This document shows positions 27,757 to 37,480 of a stretch of DNA of 52,172 bases, piece after piece (position 1 is the stretch's first letter; the number at the start of each line of letters is the position of its first letter). This DNA is from Burkholderiales bacterium (GTDB lineage: Bacteria > Pseudomonadota > Gammaproteobacteria > Burkholderiales > SG8-41), in NCBI GenBank assembly GCA_044867805.1, contig JBIOVQ010000229.1:1-52172 (forward strand), given 5' to 3'. Both the position numbers and the translations under genes were made by a program. The notes beneath the pieces were generated by a model. It searched no databases, was not told where the DNA came from, and worked only from the letters and a program-made list of their open reading frames with translations.

Positions 27757-28737
27757 TCACCGGCCCGGCGCCCCCTTGAATTCCAGCGAGTTGGCGATCT
27801 GCATCACCGTCGTCGCCGGCGTTTCGCCCAGCACGGTCACCATGTGATCGGAGATGCGCCGCACGTAGATGTTGACGGCGCCCTGGTGCAACAGGCTCTG
27901 CGGCGGCTGCGCCTTGGGCAGCGGCTCGATGAATACCGACACCGCCGCGAGCCCGTCCGAATACACGATCTGGGACACCATGGCCGCGCGCCCGGCAATG
28001 GAGCGCTTGAGCTCCGTCAGTTTCCTGAAACCGGCCGGCTGGCGGGACAGCACCCACCCGGTGTCGGCGGCGACATCCGACAGAACCAGCGAGGAAGTGT
28101 CGACCTTCCAGTCCCGGCTCTTCCCCGCGTACCGGGACTTGACCTGATCGCGGGAAAAAGCGCCGCCGATCTTGAGCTCGGTGAAGACGAACGATTCCAG
28201 CGGCTCGTTCTTCTCGCTCAAGGTGCGCGCGCGCAACAACAGCCCGCTCGCGGTCTCGGCGCAGAACTGGTGGCCGTAGCGCAGCTTGTCCTTCGGCTCG
28301 AGCGCGACCAGCTGGCAGTCGAATCCTGCCACCCGGTCCTGTCCCGTCATCCGCACGGTATAGCTGTCGGAAACTCCGCCCAGCCGCTCGGGCAACAGCG
28401 CCGGGAAGCGGCGCGCGCTGCGCTTTTCGATGATGACCGTCTTGGTGCCCGGCAGGTAGCAGGTCACCTGGTCGTTGGTGCGGATGACTTCGCGCCGCGG
28501 CCCGTCGATCGCTTCCAGGCGCTCGAATTCACCGCCGGCCGCGTTGACGAAGTGAACAATGCGGGACGTCTCGTTGCGTCCCGCGTGGTGATAGACGAAT
28601 GTTCCGTTGTAATTGAGCCGGCGCGCCGCGCTGGCCATCTTCTTGAGCCAGGCAACCCCGTCATCCGCCGGGGCGGGGGCGGCGGCGATCACCGGGGCGG
28701 CGAGCCCCAGCAAGACGGTGACCCAAACCGCCTTCAC
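27757..28737 (-). CDS. rseB: Sigma-E regulator RseB/MucB
   Basis: LNYNGTFVY, DGPRREVIR, YSDGLAAVSVFIEP; GTG start at 28737 inferred. Confidence 0.9.
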   Translation of the reverse strand: MKAVWVTVLLGLAAPVIAAAPAPADDGVAWLKKMASAARRLNYNGTFVYHHAGRNETSRIVHFVNAAGGEFERLEAIDGPRREVIRTNDQVTCYLPGTKTVIIEKRSARRFPALLPERLGGVSDSYTVRMTGQDRVAGFDCQLVALEPKDKLRYGHQFCAETASGLLLRARTLSEKNEPLESFVFTELKIGGAFSRDQVKSRYAGKSRDWKVDTSSLVLSDVAADTGWVLSRQPAGFRKLTELKRSIAGRAAMVSQIVYSDGLAAVSVFIEPLPKAQPPQSLLHQGAVNIYVRRISDHMVTVLGETPATTVMQIANSLEFKGAPGR

Positions 28738-28840
28738 CCTAATGCCGTTCCAGCTTGACGAGAATGACTGCCCCGTGCCCGAGGGCCCGTAACGTCTCTT
28801 GACCATACACACGCGGCAATGGCACCAAGCTGGAACGGCA

Positions 28841-29359
28841 CTAACGGCCCTTGGCTTGCTGCGTACCCGAAACGCTGCGGATGTAGGGAGCCAGTCCTTG
28901 TATCGCGGTGCTGGGCGAGAATTCCTGGTGAGCCATCAGGTACTCGTTCATCTGCCCCTCGCTGGGCACGTTCGCCAGCTCCGTGGGCGCGGGCGTCGTT
29001 GCCGGGGGGGCCTTCTTGGCGATGATTTCAGGCTGGGGGGCGAGAGGGTTGTTGAAGAAGCCGATCCAGACTACCAGGGCGACTGCGGAGAGGGAGGCAG
29101 CGACCGATACGGCATAGGTGGCGGTCCGCTTGGGGGCGTTAGACCGGGGCGCGAGGACGGTGGGTTCGCTGGCCAGTTGTGTCGCCACCCGGCTGCTGAT
29201 TTCCCGGGCCAGCGGGCGCTCGCCGCGCAGCGCGTCGCCGATCAGGTGAAACGTGCTCCAACAGTGCGCCAGTTCCTGGTCCTGCTTGATGCGCGCCAGC
29301 TGCCGCTGTGCCTCGCGCGCCTCCAGCTCGCCATCCATCAATTCCGAGATCCGTTCCAT
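28841..29359 (-). CDS. rseA: Anti-sigma-E factor RseA
   Basis: ISELMDGEL, WSTFHLIGDALR, TM, YLMAHQE. Confidence 0.92.
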   Translation of the reverse strand: MERISELMDGELEAREAQRQLARIKQDQELAHCWSTFHLIGDALRGERPLAREISSRVATQLASEPTVLAPRSNAPKRTATYAVSVAASLSAVALVVWIGFFNNPLAPQPEIIAKKAPPATTPAPTELANVPSEGQMNEYLMAHQEFSPSTAIQGLAPYIRSVSGTQQAKGR

Positions 29360-29360
29360 A

Positions 29361-29960
29361 TCACCATCTCCTGTCCCCCTGCGTCCCCAGTAGTGGCCGC
29401 AATCTTGCTGCAATCGCCTCGCGTGCCCGGAAGATCCGCGACCGGACGGTTCCGATCGGGCAGTTCATTATATTGGCTATGTCCTCGTAGCTCAGCCCTT
29501 CGATCTCCCGCAGCGTAATCGCCGTCCGCAGTTCGTCAGGCAATTCCGCCAGCGTTTGGTTCACCGTTTCCGCGATCTGCCGGCTGGCCAGCTCGTTTTC
29601 CGGCGTATTCAGGTCCCGCAGCTGGTCGCCGTCCTCGAAGCCCTCCGCTTCCTCGCTGTCTATGTCGGTCGTCGTGGGCGCCCGCCGCCCCATCGCCACC
29701 AGGTAGTTCTTGGCGGTGTTGATGCCGATCCGGTAGAGCCAAGTATAAAACGCGCTGTCACCCCGGAAAGTGGGGAGTGCCCGGTAGGCCTTGATGAAGG
29801 CTTCCTGAGTCACATCCTCGACCTCCGTCGAGTCCCGGATGAAGCGCGACAGCAACCGGGCAAGCTTGCGCTGGTACTTGCTGACCAGCAACTCGAACGC
29901 GTGCTTGTCACCGTGCTGCGCGCGCTCGACCAACTGCTGATCGACTTCGCGATCGCTCAT
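29361..29960 (-). CDS. rpoE: ECF sigma factor RpoE
   Basis: DQQLVERAQ, FRGDSAFYTWLYRI, CPIGTVRSRIFRARE. Confidence 0.97.
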   Translation of the reverse strand: MSDREVDQQLVERAQHGDKHAFELLVSKYQRKLARLLSRFIRDSTEVEDVTQEAFIKAYRALPTFRGDSAFYTWLYRIGINTAKNYLVAMGRRAPTTTDIDSEEAEGFEDGDQLRDLNTPENELASRQIAETVNQTLAELPDELRTAITLREIEGLSYEDIANIMNCPIGTVRSRIFRAREAIAARLRPLLGTQGDRRW

Positions 29961-30071
29961 CGCACCCGCCCCTGACCTTTGAACTTGTTATCCAGGTCGG
30001 ACGGCTCGAAAAAACCGACAGTATAGCCGCTCGACCGCTTTGCGCGGAACGCGAAGTCTGATCGATATTCC

Positions 30072-30098
30072 ACTGACAGGGCACACAAAAATTAGTTC
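30072..30098 (-). promoter_or_regulatory. Putative sigma-E autoregulatory promoter
   Basis: Minus strand GAACTA-N16-TCAGT, close to the sigma-E consensus GAACTT-N16-TCnRA, ~110 nt upstream of rpoE. Confidence 0.6.
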
Positions 30099-30170
30099 AG
30101 TCACCGGGGGGTCATCCCGCCCGGGCCCCGGCCCGAAGCCAGCCCCGGGAAGGCGTGCCGGGACCCGGGC

Positions 30171-31700
30171 CTAGCCCTCGCCGGAAGCCCGATCCCGCAA
30201 TCCGGGGGAGATGAGCAGCCGGTCCAGGGCATCGAACCCCCACTGCACTACCAGCGCCATGGCCGCGGCCGGCACCGCGCCCGCCAGCAGGAGGGCATGG
30301 TCGTTGACCGCCAGCCCGGCAACGATCCTTTCGCCATACCCCCCTGCCCCGATGAAGGCGGCGATGGTGGCGGTGCCGACATTGATCACGGCGGCGGTCT
30401 TGACGCCCGAAAGTATGGGCCTCGCCGCCAGCGGAAGCTCCACCAACCGCAGGCGCGCGCCCTCGCTCAACCCCAGCGCCGTGGCGGATTGCCGCATGGA
30501 ACGCGACACGCCGGCGAGCCCGGCCTCCGTATTGCGCACGATCGGCAGCAACGAATAGAGAAACAACGCGATGATCGCCGGCAGCGTCCCGATGCGGTCG
30601 AGCGCCGCGATGAGGAAGGCGAGGAGGGCCAGCGCGGGTACCGTCTGCAGCACTCCGGCTATGCCCAGTATCCAGGGCCGCGCCCGCGGCCCGCGGTCCG
30701 CCCACACCCCCAGGGGCACGCCGGCCGCAATTCCCAGCGCGAGCGAGGCCATGACCAGCAGCAGGTGCTGCAGCGTCAGGCGCCAGAGGTCGGGACCCAG
30801 CAGCGTCTTGAAAAAATCCCGGCGCGTAACCCCGCCCTCCTGCCAGGCGGGCGCTTGAGGGTCCGCGAGAAAGCGGGCGGCTACCGTGGAGAAGGGAATG
30901 GCCGCCAGTTCCGCCGCGGCGTTCATCCGCGCCATCTGCTGAACGCTGATGCTGCCCTCCAGCTTCTGTAGCGCGCTCCAGGAGCGCGGAAACCGCTGGG
31001 GAAAATCGCGGTGATACAGAATGACCGCTTCGTAGGCGGGAAAAAAGCCCCGATCGTCCTCCAGCAGGCGCAGCCGGTCGCGCACGACCTTCGCATCCGT
31101 CGCGTAGGCGTCCACCACATCCACCTGGCCCCGGGCGAGCGCCTCGTAGGCGAGACCGTGGTCCAGGCCGCGGACATACTTGAATGCGAGCGCGTACGCC
31201 TGCCGCAGCGCCGGCCAGCCGTCCCTGCGATTGAGGAACTCCTGGGACAGCGCCAGCCTGAGCCCGGGATGCCGTGCCAGGTCGGAGATGCGCTGGATGC
31301 CGAGCTGCGCTGCGCGCGAGTCGAGCATCGCGAGCGCATAGGTGTTGCCGAACCCCAGTCGCACTCCTGCGGCCGCGCCGTGCGCAGCCAGTGCGCGATT
31401 CAGCTCCGCGAGCGGCGGCACTTGCGCGAGTCCCAGGAGCTCGAGGGCGATGGTGCCGGTGTACTCGGGATAGGCGTGGATGGCGCCGCTTTTCAGCGCC
31501 GCGAACAGGATCGCGGTATTGCCGAGCCCCTGGTGATGCTGCGCGCGGGCTTCTCCCGCTGCCTCCGCCGTCTGCGCGACGATCTCGGCCAGGATGTAGG
31601 ACTCGGTGAAGCGCTTGGACCCGACATGGACCACCGGCTGGGCCAGGCTCAGCGCGGGCAGAAGCAGAAGCGCGACCAGGCGCAGCAGAAAGACGGTCAC
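30171..31700 (-). CDS. Osmoprotectant (glycine betaine-type) ABC transporter, fused binding protein and permease
   Basis: VGSKRFTESYILAE, YPEYTGT, FFPAY; permease LQTVPALALL, GGYGERIV; GTG start at 31700 inferred. Confidence 0.9.
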   Translation of the reverse strand: MTVFLLRLVALLLLPALSLAQPVVHVGSKRFTESYILAEIVAQTAEAAGEARAQHHQGLGNTAILFAALKSGAIHAYPEYTGTIALELLGLAQVPPLAELNRALAAHGAAAGVRLGFGNTYALAMLDSRAAQLGIQRISDLARHPGLRLALSQEFLNRRDGWPALRQAYALAFKYVRGLDHGLAYEALARGQVDVVDAYATDAKVVRDRLRLLEDDRGFFPAYEAVILYHRDFPQRFPRSWSALQKLEGSISVQQMARMNAAAELAAIPFSTVAARFLADPQAPAWQEGGVTRRDFFKTLLGPDLWRLTLQHLLLVMASLALGIAAGVPLGVWADRGPRARPWILGIAGVLQTVPALALLAFLIAALDRIGTLPAIIALFLYSLLPIVRNTEAGLAGVSRSMRQSATALGLSEGARLRLVELPLAARPILSGVKTAAVINVGTATIAAFIGAGGYGERIVAGLAVNDHALLLAGAVPAAAMALVVQWGFDALDRLLISPGLRDRASGEG

Positions 31701-31744
31701 GGGGTCGCAGTATGGCCGAACGCCGGTGGCGCTGGCAAAATACT

Positions 31745-31863
31745 TCCTGACGGGTCCCTGCCTGATGTAGGGGAGCATGAGGGGAGTATCCCCTCATTCC
31801 CTTTTACGTCCTGACGGGTCTCTACCTGATGTAGGGGAGCATGAGGGGAGTCCCCTCATTCCC
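31745..31863 (+). repeat. Tandem pair (64-bp period) of GTAG-type REP-like units
   Basis: TCCTGACGGGTC..CCTGATGTAGGGGAGCATGAGGGGAGT(AT)CCCCTCATTCCC at 31745-31801 and 31809-31863. Confidence 0.93.
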
Positions 31864-31894
31864 CTTTTTGCAACCCTGCCCAACGGACCGACTC

Positions 31895-33223
31895 ATGCCG
31901 CCGCGCGACTACCCTCTCGACCCGTACTGGATGCCGTTCACGGCGAACCGCGCATTCAAGGCGGCGCCGCGCCTCGTCGTCGGCGCGAAGGACATGCATT
32001 ACCTCACCGAGGACGGCCGCAAGCTGCTGGACGGCACCTCGGGCATGTGGTGCGTCAACGCCGGGCATTGCCGGCCGACCATCGTCGAAGCGATCCGCGC
32101 GCAGGCCGGCGCGATGGACTACAGCCCGGCGTTCCAGATGGGGCACCCCGGGGCGTTCCGGGTCGCCGAGCGGCTGAAGCGGCTCGCGCCGGGCGACCTC
32201 GACTATTCGTTCTTCACCAACTCAGGCTCGGAGGCGGTGGACAGCGCGCTCAAGATTGCCCTCGCCTACCATCGCGCGCGCGGCGAGGGGCAGCGCAACG
32301 TCCTGGTCGGCCGCGAGCGCGGCTACCACGGGGCCGGCTTCGGCGGCATGTCGGTCGGGGGCATGCCGGCAAACCGCAAGGCCTTCGGCAGCCTGCTGCC
32401 CCGCGTGGACCACCTCTGCCACACGCACGATCTCGAGCGCAACGCGTTCAGCCGCGGCCAGCCGGCCTGGGGCGCGCATCTCGCGGACGAATTGGAAAAC
32501 CGCATCATCCCGCTGCACGACGCATCCAACATCGCGGCGGTGATCGTCGAGCCGATGGCGGGATCGGCCGGCGTGCTGGTGCCACCCAAGGGCTATCTCG
32601 AGCGGCTGCGGCAGATTTGCGACAAGCACGGACTGCTGCTGATTTTCGACGAGGTCATCACGGGTTTCGGGCGTATCGGCCCCTGCTTCGCCGCGCAGGC
32701 GGTGGACGTCGTGCCCGACATGATCACGATTGCCAAGGGCCTGACCAACGGCACCGTGCCCATGGGCGCGGTCATCGTGCGCCACGGCATCTACGAGGCC
32801 ATCGTCAATGCGGCGGCGCCCGGCTCGATCGAGCTCGCCCACGGCTACACCTACTCGGGCCACCCTCTCGCCACCGCCGCCGCAGAGGCGAGCCTCGAGC
32901 TGTTCGAGCAGGAGAAGCTGTTCGAGCGCGGGCGGGAGCTCGCACCGTATTTCCAGGAAGCGGTGCACCAGCTGCGCGAGATGCCGCACGTCATCGATAT
33001 CCGCAACATGGGCATGGTCGCCGCCATCGAGCTCGCGCCCCGGCCGGGACGTCCCACGGAGCGCGCGTTCGGGGCTTACGTGAAGTGCTTCGAAAAAGGC
33101 GTGCTGATCCGCACTACCGGCGACATCATCGCCCTGTCCCCGCCGCTCATCATCAACAAGCAGCAGATCGACGAGCTGGTCGGAGCGCTGGGGTCCGTGC
33201 TGCGCGAGGGCGGCCGCGATTAG
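31895..33223 (+). CDS. Class III aminotransferase (omega-amino acid:pyruvate type)
   Basis: YWMPFTANR, NSGSEAVD, RERGYHG, IFDEVITGFGR, PLP lysine TIAKGLT; start 31895. Confidence 0.93.
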   Translation: MPPRDYPLDPYWMPFTANRAFKAAPRLVVGAKDMHYLTEDGRKLLDGTSGMWCVNAGHCRPTIVEAIRAQAGAMDYSPAFQMGHPGAFRVAERLKRLAPGDLDYSFFTNSGSEAVDSALKIALAYHRARGEGQRNVLVGRERGYHGAGFGGMSVGGMPANRKAFGSLLPRVDHLCHTHDLERNAFSRGQPAWGAHLADELENRIIPLHDASNIAAVIVEPMAGSAGVLVPPKGYLERLRQICDKHGLLLIFDEVITGFGRIGPCFAAQAVDVVPDMITIAKGLTNGTVPMGAVIVRHGIYEAIVNAAAPGSIELAHGYTYSGHPLATAAAEASLELFEQEKLFERGRELAPYFQEAVHQLREMPHVIDIRNMGMVAAIELAPRPGRPTERAFGAYVKCFEKGVLIRTTGDIIALSPPLIINKQQIDELVGALGSVLREGGRD

Positions 33224-33235
33224 AAGCTAAATCGG

Positions 33236-33475
33236 AACCGCAGATAAACGCAGATGAACGCAGATCAAGACCGGAAATTAGCCGCCAAGGCGCCAAGAAC
33301 GCCAAGGAATACGAAAATGGGCTCGCTCACAGCAGCGACATCGCAGGTTGCGACGCTACCAAGCGGTTCAGGGAACGGTTTGGTTCTCATTCTTGTATTG
33401 AATTTCTTGGCGGCCTTGGCGTCTTGGCGGCTATTTTTGAGTTTTATCGGCGTGTATCGGCGTTCGTCTGCGGTT
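33236..33475. repeat. Nested inverted-repeat element: outer CGCAGAT family, inner CGCCAAG family
   Basis: Outer 33236-33265 pairs with 33446-33475; inner 33279-33306 pairs with 33406-33433. Confidence 0.9.
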
Positions 33476-33494
33476 GCATTACTCACAGGACGTT

Positions 33495-36400
33495 CTACAC
33501 GCGCTGCATTTCGCGCGCGCCCAGGCGCACCAGGCAGTGGTCTATCCATTCCGCGGTGAGCTTTTCCTGCACCGAGTTCTGCCGCAGCCGGGCGTCGAGC
33601 GCCGGCCAGTCCACGTGATCGAGCGGCTGGTCCTGGTTGAAGCAGGAAAACACGTAGCTCACCTTGCCCGTCAGCGGATCGGCGTGCGGCTGCAGGCACT
33701 GCGCGCAGATCTCCTTCATCATGCACTGCATCGGCGAGTTGATCGAGCCGATGCCGCGGTGCTGCGGCTTGAGATACGGCTTCAGCATGCCGTGCCGCGC
33801 GACCGCGACCGCCCCCATCATGCGGTCCGAGCCGATCGCGATCAGGCGGTCGGCCGCGGAGAAGGGAATCGGCTGCTCGCCGAGATCGCCGCTCGCGTAC
33901 GCGTACATGCCCTGCACGATCGTGCCGACGAACGACTTGTCCTGCGGACGGCTCGGCGTGAATCCGGGTTCCTCGTCGCAGCACCACACTACCGCATCCG
34001 CCGCGGCTTCGATCTCCGCGATCTTGTAGCGGTCGTTCATGTGCTTGTAGCCCGCGAAGTAGAGCACCCGGCTTCCCGCCCGCCGCATCGCCTGCCCAAT
34101 CGAGAACAGCACGGCGTTGCCGAGCCCGCCGCCGGCGAGCACCACGGTCTCGCCGGCGGGGATCTCGGTCGGCGAGCCGGTGGGGCCCATGACGACGACC
34201 GGCTCTCCCGGGTTGAGCAGCACGCACAAGTCCGACGATCCGCCCATCTCGAGCGTGATCAGCGAGATCAGGCCGCGCCCGGCATCCACCCAGGCGCCGG
34301 TCAACGCGATGCCTTCCATCATGAGGCGCGTTCCGTCGGAGCGCGGGGCGAGCGCTTCGTAGTTCTGCAGGCGGTAGAACTGCCCGGGGCGGAAGCGGCG
34401 CGCGGCGAGAGGAGCCCGCACCACCACCTCCACGATCAGGGGCGTCAAGCGGTTGACCTCGTGCACCGTGGCGCGCAGTTGATCGTCGAGACGGGCGATG
34501 AATTCCGCGTCGTTTTCCGGCGCCGCCGGGCGCACCTTCCCCAGCACGCGGCTCACGGTCGGATAGCCCTGCTTCGCCCCGCCGATCGCCTTCACCACGT
34601 TGCCGAAGTACGACGGGTGGACGTCCCCGAAATAGCTGATGAAGCGGCCGTCGGCGCGCCGTGACATCAGCACTCGCACCTCGCTCGGCTTCGAGATCCC
34701 TTTCTCGGCAGGAACCGGGTTGCCCTCCTCGTCGCACGCCTGGAAATAGCGGGGGTCGAGCCGGAAATGGTCCGGATCCTCGCGCGCCAGCACGGTATTG
34801 GGCTGGGTGCCGGCGGCGATGAGTATCGTTCGCGCCGCGAGCTCGGCGCGCCGCACTTCGCTCCATTTCCCGTCCTCGCTCCGCTGCTGCACCGAAACCC
34901 GCAGGGCGCGGGCATGGCCGCGCTCGTCCACTTCCACGCTGAGCGGCGTCAATCCCTCGGCAAAGCGTATTCCCTCCTCCAGCGCCTTCTGGACCTCCTC
35001 GTGGTTGAGGGTGTACGAGGGACTGTCGACGAGCCGCCGGCGATAGGCGATGGTGACGCCGCCCCACGACTGCAGCAGCTCGAGGACCCGCGGCTCGCGC
35101 TCCTCGGCCACGGCCCGCATGCGCTCCGTGCGCAAGGCGCGCGCGTGCGCGAGGTATTCCGCGGCGATTTCCCGCTCCTCCTCGTTCCACGCGATCTGCG
35201 CCGCCGCCTCGCCGTGCTCGCGCGCGAGCAGCTCGTAGCGCCGCAGGAATTTCTCCACCTGGAGGGGGTAGTACGCGAGCGACTCGCTCGCGGTGTCGAT
35301 CGCCGTCAAGCCGCCGCCCACCACGACCACCGGCAGCCGCAACTGCATGTTGGCGACGGAGTCCGGCTTGGCCGCCCCCGTGAGCTGCAGGGCCATCAGA
35401 AAATCCGACGCGGCGCGCACCCCGCGCGCGAGCCCGTTCGGCAGCTCGAGCACGGTGGGCCGCCCCGCGCCGATGGCGAGCGCCACGTGATCGAAGCCCA
35501 TGGCGAAGGCGCCCTCCGCGGACACCGTGCCGCCGAAGCGCACGCCTCCGTACATGGCGAACTGGCGCCGGCGCTCGAGCAGCAGCCGCAGCACCTTGAG
35601 GAAGTTCTTGTCCCAGCGCACCGTGATCCCGTACTCCGCGACGCCGCCGAAGCCCGTCATCATCCGGCGGTCCAGGCTTTCGTAGAGCTCGCGCACGTCC
35701 CGCACCGGCCAGAACGGGACCCGCTTGCCCGTCGCGTCCACGCCGGACAGCCCCGGCGGCAGCGGCTCGATCTTCAGGCCGTCGATCCCGACGACCGTAT
35801 GGCCTTCGTTCATCAGGTAGTGGGCCAGGGCGACTCCCGCCGGGCCCATCCCGGCAATCAGCACGCGCTTGCCGGTCGCTGGCTTCGGATAGGGCGTGCA
35901 CAGGTTGAGCGGGTTCCAGCGGGTAAGCAGCGAATAGATCTCGAATCCCCACGGCAGCTCGAGCACGTCCCTGAGCGTGCGCGTCTCCGCCTGCGGAATA
36001 TTGACCGGCTCCTGCTTCTGGTAGATGCAGGACTTCATGCAATCGTTGCAGATGCGGTGGCCGGTCGCCGCCGCCAGGGGGTTGTCCACGGCGATGATGG
36101 CGAGCGCGCCGATGGCGACGCCTTCGCTCTTCGCCTTGTGGAACTCGGAAATCTTCTCCTCGAGCGGGCAGCCGGCGAGCGTCACGCCGTGCGCGCTCTT
36201 CTTGAATGCGGCGGCCCCCGCCGCGCCGGCGCCCTTCTCTTTCAGCCCCTTGGAGCAGGAATCCTTGCCCTGCTCGTGGCAGAAGATGCAGTAGTGCGCC
36301 TCGTCGAGCGCGCCGACGAGATCGGCGCCCGGGTCCGTCAGCTTGAATCCGTCGCGGCGGCGCAGCCGCGTCGCGTCCAGACGATGGCTCTTGTAGCCTG

Positions 36401-37025
36401 CCGCCTCTTCCGTGACGACCGGCACCAGCCGTTGCGGGTCGAGCTTGTGCGGCGCCTTGAACAGCACGCCGCCGCCGTGCTTCATGCGCCCTTCCGCGGT
36501 CAGCGACGCCCATGCCGCGTAGCGCAGAGCGACGCCGAGCTCGGCGGCATGCGCCGCTTCATCCTTCTGCCACTCGCTCACGTGGCGCGCGAACGCCAGC
36601 TCCGTGAGCCGTTCGCGGAATGCCCGCTCCAACTCGCGCGCCAGCGCCGCGCCGTCGAGCGCGGCGGCCTCCTGCGGCTTGAAGCCGTGCATCGCCTTGC
36701 GCTGCACGAACTGCCGCTTGATCCCGTAGAGCGGCACGAGCTCGAGGTGGCGCACCGAGAGCGTCTTGACCTCCGCCTCGATGGCGAACAGCCGCGCGAT
36801 GAACCGGTCGAGGTGCGGCGCCAGCGCCAGCAGCAGCTCGGACTCCTGCCTCGCCGGGAGCGTACCGGGATCGTCGCGCGCGCGCGCGAGCCGCTCATGC
36901 AGCGCGGCATCGTCCCGCGCCAGCTCGGCGAGAAAGCGCTGGTCGAGCTTGAGCAGGCCCTCGCGATCGTAGAGATCGTCGAAGCCGATGCCAAAAGCCA
37001 GGCCGGGAATGGTGGGCGCAGCCAA
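33495..37025 (-). CDS. 1176-aa Fe-S flavoprotein: GltD/NfnB-like region fused to PyrK/NfnA-like C-terminus
   Basis: YCIFCH..C..GCP, ICNDCMKSC, GMGPAG, VGGGLTAID, MGPTG, GGGLGNA, SPMQCMMKEICAQC; TTG start. Confidence 0.88.
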   Translation of the reverse strand: MAAPTIPGLAFGIGFDDLYDREGLLKLDQRFLAELARDDAALHERLARARDDPGTLPARQESELLLALAPHLDRFIARLFAIEAEVKTLSVRHLELVPLYGIKRQFVQRKAMHGFKPQEAAALDGAALARELERAFRERLTELAFARHVSEWQKDEAAHAAELGVALRYAAWASLTAEGRMKHGGGVLFKAPHKLDPQRLVPVVTEEAAGYKSHRLDATRLRRRDGFKLTDPGADLVGALDEAHYCIFCHEQGKDSCSKGLKEKGAGAAGAAAFKKSAHGVTLAGCPLEEKISEFHKAKSEGVAIGALAIIAVDNPLAAATGHRICNDCMKSCIYQKQEPVNIPQAETRTLRDVLELPWGFEIYSLLTRWNPLNLCTPYPKPATGKRVLIAGMGPAGVALAHYLMNEGHTVVGIDGLKIEPLPPGLSGVDATGKRVPFWPVRDVRELYESLDRRMMTGFGGVAEYGITVRWDKNFLKVLRLLLERRRQFAMYGGVRFGGTVSAEGAFAMGFDHVALAIGAGRPTVLELPNGLARGVRAASDFLMALQLTGAAKPDSVANMQLRLPVVVVGGGLTAIDTASESLAYYPLQVEKFLRRYELLAREHGEAAAQIAWNEEEREIAAEYLAHARALRTERMRAVAEEREPRVLELLQSWGGVTIAYRRRLVDSPSYTLNHEEVQKALEEGIRFAEGLTPLSVEVDERGHARALRVSVQQRSEDGKWSEVRRAELAARTILIAAGTQPNTVLAREDPDHFRLDPRYFQACDEEGNPVPAEKGISKPSEVRVLMSRRADGRFISYFGDVHPSYFGNVVKAIGGAKQGYPTVSRVLGKVRPAAPENDAEFIARLDDQLRATVHEVNRLTPLIVEVVVRAPLAARRFRPGQFYRLQNYEALAPRSDGTRLMMEGIALTGAWVDAGRGLISLITLEMGGSSDLCVLLNPGEPVVVMGPTGSPTEIPAGETVVLAGGGLGNAVLFSIGQAMRRAGSRVLYFAGYKHMNDRYKIAEIEAAADAVVWCCDEEPGFTPSRPQDKSFVGTIVQGMYAYASGDLGEQPIPFSAADRLIAIGSDRMMGAVAVARHGMLKPYLKPQHRGIGSINSPMQCMMKEICAQCLQPHADPLTGKVSYVFSCFNQDQPLDHVDWPALDARLRQNSVQEKLTAEWIDHCLVRLGAREMQRV

Positions 37026-37181
37026 GCGCGTAACCGTCGGATTAAAACGGAAAATTATATCAACCGCGGCGCGCCGGCCTCATAACACTGCGTTCTTTGA
37101 TTATGCGCGGTCAGGGTGTTTCGGTCGGCTGACGTACAATGACCGGCTCACGGATCCGGTGTGCTCATGCTCAACTCCCGC

Positions 37182-37313
37182 ATGACCCAAGCCCGGCGCA
37201 TCCTGGTATGGCTGATGCTGGTGGCGCTGGCAGCGTGGGTGACCTACCTGGGATTTCGCGGCTATCTCAGTGCCGAGCTGCTGTTCAATTTTTCGAACGC
37301 GTTTTCCTGCTAA
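37182..37313 (+). CDS. Small single-TM protein, 43 aa (48 aa from ATG 37167)
   Basis: Not in ORF track: MTQARRILVWLMLVALAAWVTYLGFRGYLSAELLFNFSNAFSC*. Confidence 0.65.
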   Translation: MTQARRILVWLMLVALAAWVTYLGFRGYLSAELLFNFSNAFSC

Positions 37314-37333
37314 GGTCACGCGCAGGATCGGCA

Positions 37334-37480
37334 CTAGAGGTCTCTCAAAAGCCCCTTCAGCCACGGAAACACACGGAACCACACAGAAATTTCCAAACTG
37401 CTAAGGGCCGTCAACAGGCTAGGTTCTCGTCCGTGTAATTCCGTGTGATTCTGTGGCTGTTCCTGGGGCCGGTGTTCTAG
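37334..37480 (-). mobile_element. 147-bp MITE-like element, copy 3, bounded by CTAG
   Basis: Reverse complement matches 12454-12599; right CTAG contains the folD stop. Confidence 0.8.

Noticed and set aside
30111-30170. GTCATCCCG...GCCGGGACCC as a member of the GTCATTCCCG-type repeat family
   Set aside because: Single degenerate copy in very GC-rich DNA; not distinguishable from chance or a plain terminator
31701-31894. ORF-track N-terminal extensions of the ABC fusion (31778) and aminotransferase (31841)
   Set aside because: These ATGs come from the REP units; family-like sequence begins at 31700 and 31895
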